Shown one piece after another: positions 48,465-57,976 of a stretch of 64,000 bases of DNA; the first letter of the stretch is position 1; every line of letters begins with the position of its first letter. The notes beneath the pieces were generated by a model, which saw nothing but the letters and a program-made list of their open reading frames with translations, did not search any database and was not told the DNA's origin. Source of the stretch: Deltaproteobacteria bacterium (lineage in GTDB: Bacteria > Myxococcota_A > Polyangia > Fen-1088); NCBI GenBank assembly GCA_033763315.1, contig JANRKS010000006.1, forward strand, positions 96,001 through 160,000, given 5' to 3'. Both the position numbers and the translations under genes were made by a program.

Positions 48465-50198
48465 ATGAGAAGGACACATTGCACGTGGCTGTCTATAGTC
48501 TTGTGTTCAGTCGGCTGTACCGGGGCGATAAACGGAGGCGCAGCATCACCCGAAGATGGCGACGCTTCGGATGGAGGGGAGGGAGGCACGCCGTCCGGCG
48601 GTGCAACCCAGATCCCACCGGCCCCGGAGCCGAGGTTTGCCAACGCGACCTTGGTGAATGTGGACCGAGGGGCCCCTTGCGCGCCTCAGGGCCTAAAGCC
48701 CACTTCTTCGCGCCGGCTTAGCCATAGCGAGTACGTGCAAACGCTACAGGACTTGTTTCCTGGCCGCTCCTTGCCGCCTGTGTCGTTCTCATCAGACCAA
48801 GCGTTCTTCGGGTTCGACAACATCAACCTATTTTTGTCGACAACGACCGTTGCACAATACGCTGAAGCCGCGTTCGCTGTGGCCAAGGCAGTCACCGATG
48901 GCAATCTGCAGGGCTTGGTTGGGTGCGATCCTGCGCAAGCAGCGTGTGCTGCGACTTTCGTCAAGGGCTTCGGAGCGCGCGCCTACCGGCGACCTTTGCT
49001 GACCCAAGAAGTCGATAAGTTGGTTGCCTTCTTTGATAAGCAAAGGTCCGCCATAAGTCCGCGGGCCGCTGTGGAATTGACGATCGCGGCGATGCTGCAA
49101 TCCCCGCAGTTTTTGTTGCGCCTCGAAACCACGGGCGTCGGCGATTCGAAGCCAGCGCGGGTCAAGTCCTATGAGATGGCCACCCGGCTCTCGTACATGG
49201 TCTGGGGTTCCATGCCCGACCCCGAGCTCACGGCGGCGGCGAATGGCCAGCTTGACACTGACGCAGGTGTCCGTTCGCAATTGGAGCGAATGCTCAAGAA
49301 AGACAACGCTGAGCCCGCCGCGCGGTCGATGAGCGAATTCGTGGTCAAATGGTTGCACCTGGACAAGGTGCAGAACGAATCGCTGGAAAAGGATCCCGCA
49401 CTATTTCCGGACTGGAGCCCGACCGTTGCCGCGAAGGTTGTGGACGAGTCACGCAGATTCGTGGCCACGGTCTTCCAGTCCAATGGCTCGTTCGTGGATC
49501 TGCTGACGTCGCGAAAAGCGTCTGTCGCATCGGGGGTGGCAGAGATCCTTGGTCAAACAAACACAAGCGCTGCGTGGAAGGAGATAGAGCTGCCTGCGGC
49601 AGAACGCGCGGGCATTTTGACCCGCCCAGCGTTCTTGGCTGGCGTTGCGAAACAGTCGTATGGCTCGCCGCCATTGCGCGGGGTGGAGATCATGCAACAA
49701 GTGTTGTGCATCAAGCCGTTGCCGCCCCCTGACAACCTGGACCTGACTGTGCGTGAAGAAGCGAAGCCTGGGGAGGTGTTGTCCAACCGCGATCGTTTTG
49801 AGGAGAAGACCAAACAAAGCGCGTGTATCGGCTGTCACACGCAGATCGACGGGTTCGGCATGCCGTTCGAGTCGTATGACGCCATCGGTAGGTTCCGGAA
49901 GATGGACGGCGGAAAGCCCGTGAACGCGTCGGGGCAGATCTTGGGTGCGGACGAAGCCACGGATGGCGACGTCGCCGACGCCCTTGCTCTATCGCAAAGG
50001 CTTTCGCAGAGCGAGCAAGCGAAGTTTTGCTTCGCCGTGAACTGGAACCGTCGCTCAAGTGGCGCGGTTGAGGGGCCTGACCAGTGGTGCCAGCTTGATG
50101 CGATCTACGACAGCTTTGAGACGAGCAAAGGCGCATTGCGAGCCCTGCCGTTTGCCACCATTGGGACAGCTGCGTTCACCAGCCGCCTCGCAGATTAG
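48465..50198 (+). CDS. DUF1592/DUF1588-family CxxCH lipoprotein
   Basis: SVGC; RRLSHSEY; SPQFLLRLE; EMATRLSYMVWGSMPD; SPPLRG; CIGCH. Confidence 0.87.
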   Translation: MRRTHCTWLSIVLCSVGCTGAINGGAASPEDGDASDGGEGGTPSGGATQIPPAPEPRFANATLVNVDRGAPCAPQGLKPTSSRRLSHSEYVQTLQDLFPGRSLPPVSFSSDQAFFGFDNINLFLSTTTVAQYAEAAFAVAKAVTDGNLQGLVGCDPAQAACAATFVKGFGARAYRRPLLTQEVDKLVAFFDKQRSAISPRAAVELTIAAMLQSPQFLLRLETTGVGDSKPARVKSYEMATRLSYMVWGSMPDPELTAAANGQLDTDAGVRSQLERMLKKDNAEPAARSMSEFVVKWLHLDKVQNESLEKDPALFPDWSPTVAAKVVDESRRFVATVFQSNGSFVDLLTSRKASVASGVAEILGQTNTSAAWKEIELPAAERAGILTRPAFLAGVAKQSYGSPPLRGVEIMQQVLCIKPLPPPDNLDLTVREEAKPGEVLSNRDRFEEKTKQSACIGCHTQIDGFGMPFESYDAIGRFRKMDGGKPVNASGQILGADEATDGDVADALALSQRLSQSEQAKFCFAVNWNRRSSGAVEGPDQWCQLDAIYDSFETSKGALRALPFATIGTAAFTSRLAD

Positions 50199-50207
50199 GA
50201 GTGTCTC

Positions 50208-51578
50208 ATGAAGCGATCACTTATCAGCGCCGTCAACCGTCGGTCCATCCTATCCGCGTTGGGCGCAGGCCTATCGTCGACGTTTCTGCCGAGCTTATCA
50301 AAGCGCGCGGATGCAGCAGCGGCGCCCCGTCGTATCTTCTTCATCACAAGCACGCATCAGGTCGTGCCGAGCCACTGGCGCATGAGCCTCGGCCGCCCTG
50401 AGGGCCAATCCTGGAGCGTGCCTTTGTCGGACGTGCCTGGTGGCACGTTCAGCCCCGTCCTGAACCACTTTGCTCCCCTCAAAGACAAGGTGATGTTCAT
50501 CGACGGGATGTCGCAGTACACCGGTCTTGTCGATGGATTCACCAACAACCACGACGTTGCCGCTTCGGTGCTGCTGACGGGAGCTGGCATTGAGAAGAAC
50601 AACATCAAGATGGTTCTGGGCCGTTCCGTCGATCAAGCCATCGCTGATGCGCTTGCCACCCCGGGGCGGCTTCGTTCAATAGAGCTGGGCACGCACAGCT
50701 ACCAAGGTGGTTTCGTGGCAGCCGGCCGCGAGAAAAAGTTGCCCACCATCAACGCGACGGACAAGGCATTCTCGACGTTGTTTTCGGATCTAAAGCCATC
50801 CGGCCCTTCTAGCGCGGCGGGCGGTGAGCGTGAAAAGATCGTGGCCGCGAGGGCCGAAACGATGGGGGCCGTGAAGGAGCAGATTGCCGCGATCTCGCCC
50901 AAGCTTTCAACATCAGATCGTGAACGCTTGGCTTCGCATCTGGATCTGGTATCGGCCTATCAAAGCCGATTGGCTGCGGGCGGTGCCTCATCGTGCAGCT
51001 CGTTGCCAACGATGGGCGGTACCTACAAAAAAAACGTTGAAGACTTCAACGTTGAGTTTGGTCGCCTGGTGGCGCACGCCTTTGCGTGCGATGTCACGCG
51101 TGTCGCCAGCCTTCAGATGGCGGACTTTGTGCCTGAATCTTTTGGGGCCTCGGGCAGTGTTCACGACGCGATGGCTCACAATAACGGCAACGAGAGCGGT
51201 TCGGGCGCTCAGAATCTCAAAAAATACAATCTTGCGGTCGCAGCCACAGTGGGCCGCATCGCTGCTGAATTTTCGCGGTTGGGGTTGCTCGATAGCACTC
51301 TGATCGTTTGGATGAGCGAGCACGGCTTGTTCGTCGAGCCTCACATGTTGGAGGAAATGCCCGTTGTGGTGATTGGCAATGTAGGTGGGCACTTTAAGAC
51401 GGGCCGCTACATCAGCGTTGCTCGCACAGAGAAAAGCCCGCGCGGCAAGGTGGTGGGCAGGCCCCACAATCTGTTCCTCGTTTCCCTGATGCAGGCGATG
51501 GGCCTTCCAGACAACTTCCTCAACGTTAAAACTTGGTACAACACCAACGTAAGCGGGCCTCTGCCTGACCTCGTTTAG
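50208..51578 (+). CDS. DUF1552 family Tat-exported protein
   Basis: NRRSIL..FLPSL; NNHDV; SVDQAIA; AFACDVTRVA; HDAMAH; LLDSTLIVWMSEHG..PH. Confidence 0.87.
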   Translation: MKRSLISAVNRRSILSALGAGLSSTFLPSLSKRADAAAAPRRIFFITSTHQVVPSHWRMSLGRPEGQSWSVPLSDVPGGTFSPVLNHFAPLKDKVMFIDGMSQYTGLVDGFTNNHDVAASVLLTGAGIEKNNIKMVLGRSVDQAIADALATPGRLRSIELGTHSYQGGFVAAGREKKLPTINATDKAFSTLFSDLKPSGPSSAAGGEREKIVAARAETMGAVKEQIAAISPKLSTSDRERLASHLDLVSAYQSRLAAGGASSCSSLPTMGGTYKKNVEDFNVEFGRLVAHAFACDVTRVASLQMADFVPESFGASGSVHDAMAHNNGNESGSGAQNLKKYNLAVAATVGRIAAEFSRLGLLDSTLIVWMSEHGLFVEPHMLEEMPVVVIGNVGGHFKTGRYISVARTEKSPRGKVVGRPHNLFLVSLMQAMGLPDNFLNVKTWYNTNVSGPLPDLV

Positions 51579-51589
51579 GCGCGCGGTCC

Positions 51590-51613
51590 GGTGAGCCGCT
51601 GAGGTGGCTCACC
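51590..51613 (+). terminator. GC-rich hairpin after the stop codon (terminator or mRNA-stabilising stem)
   Basis: GGTGAGCCGC-TGAG-GTGGCTCACC; weak U-tract. Confidence 0.5.
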
Positions 51614-51776
51614 TGTTGGCTCGGGCCAACACAGTGTGGGCTTGTACCAACGCCTTAGCTTCTACCTCATCGCATTCATTGCGGTTTTGTTGGGGATAGG
51701 GGCTGCGAAGGCCGCGGTATGCCGGTTGCAAAGGAATGGACTTCGACGTTGGGCACGCCCTCCGGGAAGGACATTC

Positions 51777-53474
51777 ATGACTGCGGAATCGAAGTTCATT
51801 ATGGTTTCGTTTGTGGCCTTTTTTGCGGCCTGCACCGGCTCCATCGACACCGCCGGGACCGCTGATGGTGACCATGGTTCTGGTCAAGGCGGCAGCCAGG
51901 GCGGCGGCCAAGGTACGGGAGGCAGCGGTTCGGTCGGCGACGTCCCCGCGGGCGCGTGTTCCTTGCCAAGCGGGAGCATCCGGCAGCTGACGCCCTCGCA
52001 GATAGAAGCTTCGCTGACCAAGCTCGTACCCAACATCAGCGCGGCGGAGCTTGATTTGCCCCGCTATGGTCGGGGCGGCAATGGGTTCACCAACGACTCA
52101 GAACGAAAGCTCCTTTCCCTTGATGACGTTCAGCGGCTTTACACGAGCCTGTCTAAAGTGGCCGACAAAGCCGCGCAGTCGCCCGCGGCGCTTGCCGGTT
52201 GCCTAACAACGGCTGATGAAACCTGCGTGCGAGGCTTTGTCACCACGTTTGCGACCCGTGCCTTTCGCCGACCTGTGACAAACGAAGAGCGCGATGAACT
52301 GGTGGCATTCTGGAAAAGCAGCAAGGCCGCCGACCCCGCAACGGCCTTAGCCTTGCTGCTGCGCCGGGTCTTTATGGCTCCGCAGTTCCTGTTTCGCACC
52401 GAATTGGGCAAAGCCTCAAGCGCTGGCGTTGCAGAGTTGACCCCGCACGAAAAGGCCTCGGCTTTGGCCTTTACGATATCGAACGCGCCCCCTGATGATG
52501 AACTGATCGCGGACGCCAACAGCGGCGCACTAAGCGATCCATCACGCTTGGCGTCTCACGCTGAGCGGCTGCTGAGCAAACCCGAAACGGCGACGGGCTT
52601 ATTGAATATGTTTGAAGAACTGTTTCGCGTGGATGGGGTCGTCAACGTGTCAAAGGACGACATCTTCAAGGGCTGGTCGCCGGCGATCGCCGCCGATATG
52701 GCCAGCGAAGCACGTGCGTTCCTGAAGGAATTGCTTTGGCAAGACAACGGAACCATCGAAGGGCTTCTGACGGCGCCCTACACGGTGGTCAACGGTCGCT
52801 TGGCCTCGTTCTACGGCCTTACCGGAAAGACGGAGAGTGACACGAAGTTCACACGGGTATCGGTAGGTGATCAACCACGCGCCGGCATTTTGGGCCAGGG
52901 TGCTTTGCTCAGCCTTCTGTCACACGCCAACCAAAACGATATCGTCAAGCGCGGTCGCTTCGTTCGGGAGCTGCTCCTGTGCGAGGCACTGCCGGATCCG
53001 CCCGCGTCTGTAAAGGCGATACCGCCGCCGCCGCAAGGTGATTTGACGCTTCGGCAGCGGATCGAGCAGCATTCGAAAGATCCGTCATGCCTTGGGTGTC
53101 ATCGCTTGATGGATCCCATCGGAGCAGCGTTCGAGCAGTTCGATGCCGTGGGGCGCTTTCGCGACAAAGACGAGGGCAAACCCATTGATGCCCGCGGAGA
53201 GATTGTGGATTCAAAGGCCAGTGATGGCTCCTTCACTGGTCTCAAGGGTTTGGGGCAGCATTTGGCAAAGTCAGCCCAGGTCAGAGCTTGCCTCGCAAGG
53301 GCAACGTTTCGCTACACGTTAGGCCGTGCAGACGTCACGGAGGACGCATGCCAGCTCAGCGAGCTGGACGCTTCCGTGGAGCGAAGTGGAGGCAACTTGA
53401 AGAAGTTGTTCGTGCAGATGATCGCGAATCCATCTTTCTCGAAGCGCGTCGCCAGCAAAGGAGAACAACCATGA
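51777..53474 (+). CDS. DUF1592/DUF1588-family CxxCH lipoprotein
   Basis: FAAC plus Gly linker; IRQLT; APQFLFRTE; VKRG..VRELLLC; CLGCH.LMDPIG. ATG 51777 preferred over ORF start 51636. Confidence 0.87.
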   Translation: MTAESKFIMVSFVAFFAACTGSIDTAGTADGDHGSGQGGSQGGGQGTGGSGSVGDVPAGACSLPSGSIRQLTPSQIEASLTKLVPNISAAELDLPRYGRGGNGFTNDSERKLLSLDDVQRLYTSLSKVADKAAQSPAALAGCLTTADETCVRGFVTTFATRAFRRPVTNEERDELVAFWKSSKAADPATALALLLRRVFMAPQFLFRTELGKASSAGVAELTPHEKASALAFTISNAPPDDELIADANSGALSDPSRLASHAERLLSKPETATGLLNMFEELFRVDGVVNVSKDDIFKGWSPAIAADMASEARAFLKELLWQDNGTIEGLLTAPYTVVNGRLASFYGLTGKTESDTKFTRVSVGDQPRAGILGQGALLSLLSHANQNDIVKRGRFVRELLLCEALPDPPASVKAIPPPPQGDLTLRQRIEQHSKDPSCLGCHRLMDPIGAAFEQFDAVGRFRDKDEGKPIDARGEIVDSKASDGSFTGLKGLGQHLAKSAQVRACLARATFRYTLGRADVTEDACQLSELDASVERSGGNLKKLFVQMIANPSFSKRVASKGEQP

Positions 53475-54784
53475 ACGCCATTGCACGTCGTAGGTTCATT
53501 TCTAGTTTGGGCTTGGGCGTTGGCTCGTACTTCTTCCAACCTTTGTGCAACCGGATCATGGCTGAGGCCTTCGCGGCCCCGACGCCAAAGCTTCTGATGT
53601 ACATCACAGGCGGAGGTTTCTCTCCCGGTGACGACGAGCCTGGCTATTGGCCATCAAATCAATCCGGTTTGGACCTTGGTCCTGCGATGACGGCTTTGGC
53701 ACCACTGAAGAGCAAAGCCGTATTCATGGAAAGTTTTTTCAACCCTCTAAACAAACATCTGCATGGCAATGGCTATTCCACAACCACCATGGTTGCGGAC
53801 ACGGGCGCCGAGGAGGCAAGCCAACCCGCGGGGGTGAGCTTCGATCGACAAATCGCCAAGACCATCAAGGGCACCGCGCCCCTCACTTCGTTGAACCTCG
53901 GCACCATGGAGGCCGACAACAACGATCCGCAACATACTTTCTCTGCAGATGGACCCAAAGCTTTGGTGCCTCCCATGGTCAATCCCATCAAAGCGTTTGA
54001 GGCTGTATTCGGTGGCGCCACGAACGTGAGCCAGGGTGACGACGGCGCCGCCAAGCGCCTCCTTCAAGACAAAAGCGTTTTCGACGGCTTGGTCAAGGAC
54101 ATCGAACGTATGAACAAGGCGCTTGCCGCCAGCGAAAAGGCGAAGTTGGATCAGTACGTATCCTCCGTCCGGGCGCTGGAAACACAACTGGGCGAGGTGG
54201 TGAAGGCTCGTGCCAGCTGTGGCAGCCCAATGGCCCCTTCTGCCAGCATCTACGCCCAGGGAAGGAAAAGCCCTAAGTTGCCGGTATACAAAGCCATGAT
54301 GGGCATCGCCGCGAACGCTTTGGCGTGTGGTTTGACGAACACAGTTTCATTCTTGGCCTCCGAAGGCGATCTCGATTTCATGCCCTTGGACGCAGGTGGC
54401 GGCTTCTGTGGCACGCACCAGATGTGGCACGGCAAGGGGTCGCGTGCGGATCATCTGCGCTACTACAATTTTCAGTACAGCAACATCGCTGCGCTACGAC
54501 AAGCGCTGGTCGACTTAGGTGGCGAAGCGTTGGCAGACAACACCTTGATCTTAAATTTCTGCCAAACCGGCGGACCCCACCACAACGGTCAGGATCGGTA
54601 CTTCGCCCTGTTTCTAGGCAATCCGGGCGGAAGGCTCGCCACGGGGAAATACATTCAATCTCCCGTGGGCAAACGATCGATGGCCGATGTGTTTATGACG
54701 GCCGGGGCGGCGTTGGGTGTGGCCATGCCGTCGTTCGGAAGTGCAGAGCTGAAGGCGTCCGTTATTCCTGGCGTGCTTGCCTAA
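53471..54784 (+). CDS. DUF1552 family Tat-exported protein
   Basis: ARRRFI; HLHG; SFDRQIA; ALACGLT; THQMWH; DNTLIL..PHH; ATGA overlap. Confidence 0.82.
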   Translation: MNAIARRRFISSLGLGVGSYFFQPLCNRIMAEAFAAPTPKLLMYITGGGFSPGDDEPGYWPSNQSGLDLGPAMTALAPLKSKAVFMESFFNPLNKHLHGNGYSTTTMVADTGAEEASQPAGVSFDRQIAKTIKGTAPLTSLNLGTMEADNNDPQHTFSADGPKALVPPMVNPIKAFEAVFGGATNVSQGDDGAAKRLLQDKSVFDGLVKDIERMNKALAASEKAKLDQYVSSVRALETQLGEVVKARASCGSPMAPSASIYAQGRKSPKLPVYKAMMGIAANALACGLTNTVSFLASEGDLDFMPLDAGGGFCGTHQMWHGKGSRADHLRYYNFQYSNIAALRQALVDLGGEALADNTLILNFCQTGGPHHNGQDRYFALFLGNPGGRLATGKYIQSPVGKRSMADVFMTAGAALGVAMPSFGSAELKASVIPGVLA

Positions 54785-54852
54785 CATTGCGGCACCCGCT
54801 CGTGCCCTCCAAGCGTTTTGATTTTAGTGCCCTCTGTAAGGAGTTCGTTTAA

Positions 54853-56283
54853 ATGGGGACCAAAATTCTGTCACGACGAAGTGTTCTACGTGCAGGTGCG
54901 GGAGTGTCTTTGGCGTTGCCGCTGCTTGATGCGATGGCCCCGCGAGCCCTGCGCAACACGGCGCAGGCCGCAACCACCAAGCGCCTTCTGATCTGGGTAC
55001 AGCCGCTCTCTATATACGCAGATGTTTTCTGGCCGGCCGCGCCTGGGGCGAAGCCCTACAACTGGCGAACGGATCCAATTAAGGAGGTCTATTTCAGTGG
55101 TGCGGGTGGCATGCAAAACGACAAGTTCGAACTGCCGGAGGCCTTGTCCAGTTTGAGCTCACTTCGAAACGATCTGACGTTCATCGAGGGTATGGATAAT
55201 TCCGCGAGCAACCACGATGCCTACAGCACAACGCTGACGGGTACGCAAACGCTGGAAAAGTCCCCTGTCGACATGATCTCGATTGATCAGCTTATCGCGA
55301 AGCGGTTGGCGCCCAATACCAAGTTCAAGTCCCTGCAGGTGGGTGTGCGCAACGCGGGAGCGGGAAATAAATCGGCAGCGTCGTGGCTATCAAAGACTCA
55401 GGCGGCCCCGGCGATGGATAACCCGGTCAAGTTGTGGGAGCGTTTGTTCGTTGACGTCTCTGCGGATCCAACTGTGGCGCGCAAGCTGCGGGCTAACCGC
55501 CAGTCCGTGCTTGATGCCGCCTTGTCACAAGCAACGTCGCTCAAGCAAACGCTGGGGGCCGATGATCAAAAGAAGATCGATCAGTATCTCGCCGCTTTTC
55601 GTGACGTGGAGAAGTCGTTGGCTGTGGACACGCAGATGGGCTGCAACCCGCCGGGGAAACCAAGCCAAACCAGCCCATCAACACAAGAGGTTCTGTTTGA
55701 GGACGACGAACTGCGCGCCATCGAAGACACGCCTTACGTGATGAAGTTGCAGCTCGATATGATGGCGATGGCGATGGCGTGTGATTTGACCCGCATTGCA
55801 ACGATGCAATTCGGAACCGAGGCAAACAACGGAACGTTCCCGTGGTTGGGTTTGCCCAATTGGCGCTGGCACGACGCTTCGCACTTCGAGAATGATTCGC
55901 CCGCAGAATGGCCGAAGCAGCTTGGCGACGCCGAAGCCTGGAGGAACGTCGCCGCGTGGAGTGTGGGGCAGTTCGGTTATGTTGTTCAGCGGCTTAAAGA
56001 TCTCGGTGCCTTTGAAGGCACCGTTGCCGCCTTCGTCACGTCCATGAACCACGGGGGAGCTCACAAGAGCCGCAATTGCCCGGTGCTGCTGGCGGGATCC
56101 GCGGGCGGCGCTTTGCGAACGGGCACGCACGTTCGGCTGCCCAACAGCAACAACGCTGGTGGTGGGAAAACGCGCGTATTCAACGATCTGCATTTGACGT
56201 TGGCCCAAGCCATGGGGGTGCCACTCGACAAGTTCGGCGATGCTGCCCTTTGCTCAGGCCCGATCTCCGAGGTGCTCAAATGA
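54853..56283 (+). CDS. DUF1552 family Tat-exported protein
   Basis: AAGGAG RBS; SRRSVLRAGAGVSLALPLLDAM; SNHD; SIDQLIA; AMACDLTRIAT; WHDASH; GAH. Confidence 0.88.
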   Translation: MGTKILSRRSVLRAGAGVSLALPLLDAMAPRALRNTAQAATTKRLLIWVQPLSIYADVFWPAAPGAKPYNWRTDPIKEVYFSGAGGMQNDKFELPEALSSLSSLRNDLTFIEGMDNSASNHDAYSTTLTGTQTLEKSPVDMISIDQLIAKRLAPNTKFKSLQVGVRNAGAGNKSAASWLSKTQAAPAMDNPVKLWERLFVDVSADPTVARKLRANRQSVLDAALSQATSLKQTLGADDQKKIDQYLAAFRDVEKSLAVDTQMGCNPPGKPSQTSPSTQEVLFEDDELRAIEDTPYVMKLQLDMMAMAMACDLTRIATMQFGTEANNGTFPWLGLPNWRWHDASHFENDSPAEWPKQLGDAEAWRNVAAWSVGQFGYVVQRLKDLGAFEGTVAAFVTSMNHGGAHKSRNCPVLLAGSAGGALRTGTHVRLPNSNNAGGGKTRVFNDLHLTLAQAMGVPLDKFGDAALCSGPISEVLK

Positions 56284-57932
56284 GAAGCCGTTGCACGTTT
56301 CTTCGTAAGACCTCGCCGTTGGCCATGATGACGGTGCTTTTCGGCGCATGTGCGGCTCGCATCAACGCCGAGGGGGATGCCCCTGAGGGCGGCAGCGGTG
56401 GCTCTTCACAAAACACAGGCGGGACCGCCGGCACCTCGCCATGTTCGGCTGGCGATGGCACTTGTTCCGACGCTGCAGAACCAAGCGTGATAAGGCGGCT
56501 CACGCGCAGCGAATACGCGTTCACCATCGCCGATCTGCTGGGCACAAATGAATCGGTGTCAGGTTCGTTCCCCGCCGAAGAAGTTGTGAAGGGCTTCAAC
56601 AACAACGCGAACGCCCTGTCGTTCCCAGGTCTGCTTGCGGAGCAGTCATTCTCTGTCACCGCACAACTGGCCAAGGCAGCCGTTGAAAAGTCATCGCGGT
56701 TCGCGGCGTGCGCACAGGGCACCCTTGATGCAACGTGCGCCCGCCAGTTCATCGCTTCTTTCGGCAAAAAGGCCTGGCGGCGCCCGCTCTCGAGTGCCGA
56801 GGTCGACAAATTCCTATCCGTCTTTACCGCGGCAGAGACCCCGATGCTTGGTCTTGAGCTGGCGTCGCAAAGCCTACTCATCAGCGCGCCGTTTTTTTAT
56901 CGCATCGAACAACGTGGGCAAGGTCGCACCAAGCCAACCTCATGGGAAATGGCATCGCGATTATCTTATACTCTGTGGGCCAGCCTTCCAGACGACGAGC
57001 TGTTTGCGGCCGCCGAGGCCGACAAGCTGCGTGATCGCGACGACATCGTGGCGCAAGCGAATCGTATGATGAAGGATGCTAAACTTGTCCGGGCCTACAG
57101 GTCGTATATGTCCCAGTGGTTTGACCTGCCCAGGATCTCGGTGGCCGCGAAGGACCCTAAAGTCTTTCCCATGTGGAACACCGAATATCCCGCCTTGCTT
57201 CGGGCCGGAGCAGAAGCGTTCTTGGACCATGTGGCACGTCAAGGCAAAATTTCAGACCTCTTCACCGCGCCGTTTGTTTTCACGAACGACACGCTCGCAC
57301 CTTACTACGGCGTTGCCAAACCCGGCTCGTCCGCCTTCGTAAAGGTAGACCTCAAGGATAAAAACCGCGCAAGCGGCATGCTCACTCAGGGGGGCATCTT
57401 GGCTGGTCACGCCGGCTTTAGCTCAACTTCACCGACTTTCCGAGGCAAATTCGTACGCGAGCAGTTCTTGTGCGGAACCATCCCCAAGGCGCCACCAAAC
57501 GTGAACGTTATGATCGGCGCTGCCGATCCCAATCAAACAACACGGGAGCACTACAGCGAACACATCAAGAATCCACAATGCGTGGGCTGTCATTCGCTGA
57601 TGGATCCCATCGGCTTTGCCTTCGAGGAATTTGACGCCATCGGAAACCGCCGCACCGTTGAGAATGGCAAACCCATCGACGCCACGGGTGACGCGGTTGG
57701 TGTGGACGTTGGGAAATTTGAGGGTGTTAACCAGCTGGGAGAAAGACTGGCGAGCAGCGAAGACGCCACCCGATGCCTTGCCACCCAATGGTTTCGCTTT
57801 TCTTTCGGCCGCTTAGAGAGCGCCGAAGATGATGCCACCTTAGATGGTTTGACCAAAGTGGTGCGAGATGAAGGCACGTTCGCCGCTTTGATGATGGCCA
57901 CAGTGCAATCGTCCCCGTTCTTAGAGCTGTAA
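56280..57932 (+). CDS. DUF1592/DUF1588-family CxxCH lipoprotein
   Basis: FGAC; IRRLTRSEY; EMASRLSYTLWASLPD; SPTFRG; CVGCH.LMDPIGFAFE; ATGA overlap. Confidence 0.88.
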   Translation: MRSRCTFLRKTSPLAMMTVLFGACAARINAEGDAPEGGSGGSSQNTGGTAGTSPCSAGDGTCSDAAEPSVIRRLTRSEYAFTIADLLGTNESVSGSFPAEEVVKGFNNNANALSFPGLLAEQSFSVTAQLAKAAVEKSSRFAACAQGTLDATCARQFIASFGKKAWRRPLSSAEVDKFLSVFTAAETPMLGLELASQSLLISAPFFYRIEQRGQGRTKPTSWEMASRLSYTLWASLPDDELFAAAEADKLRDRDDIVAQANRMMKDAKLVRAYRSYMSQWFDLPRISVAAKDPKVFPMWNTEYPALLRAGAEAFLDHVARQGKISDLFTAPFVFTNDTLAPYYGVAKPGSSAFVKVDLKDKNRASGMLTQGGILAGHAGFSSTSPTFRGKFVREQFLCGTIPKAPPNVNVMIGAADPNQTTREHYSEHIKNPQCVGCHSLMDPIGFAFEEFDAIGNRRTVENGKPIDATGDAVGVDVGKFEGVNQLGERLASSEDATRCLATQWFRFSFGRLESAEDDATLDGLTKVVRDEGTFAALMMATVQSSPFLEL

Positions 57933-57976
57933 AGCGCTGTGCCTAAGGTGGCATCACGTGCAAAGCCCCACCGCGT

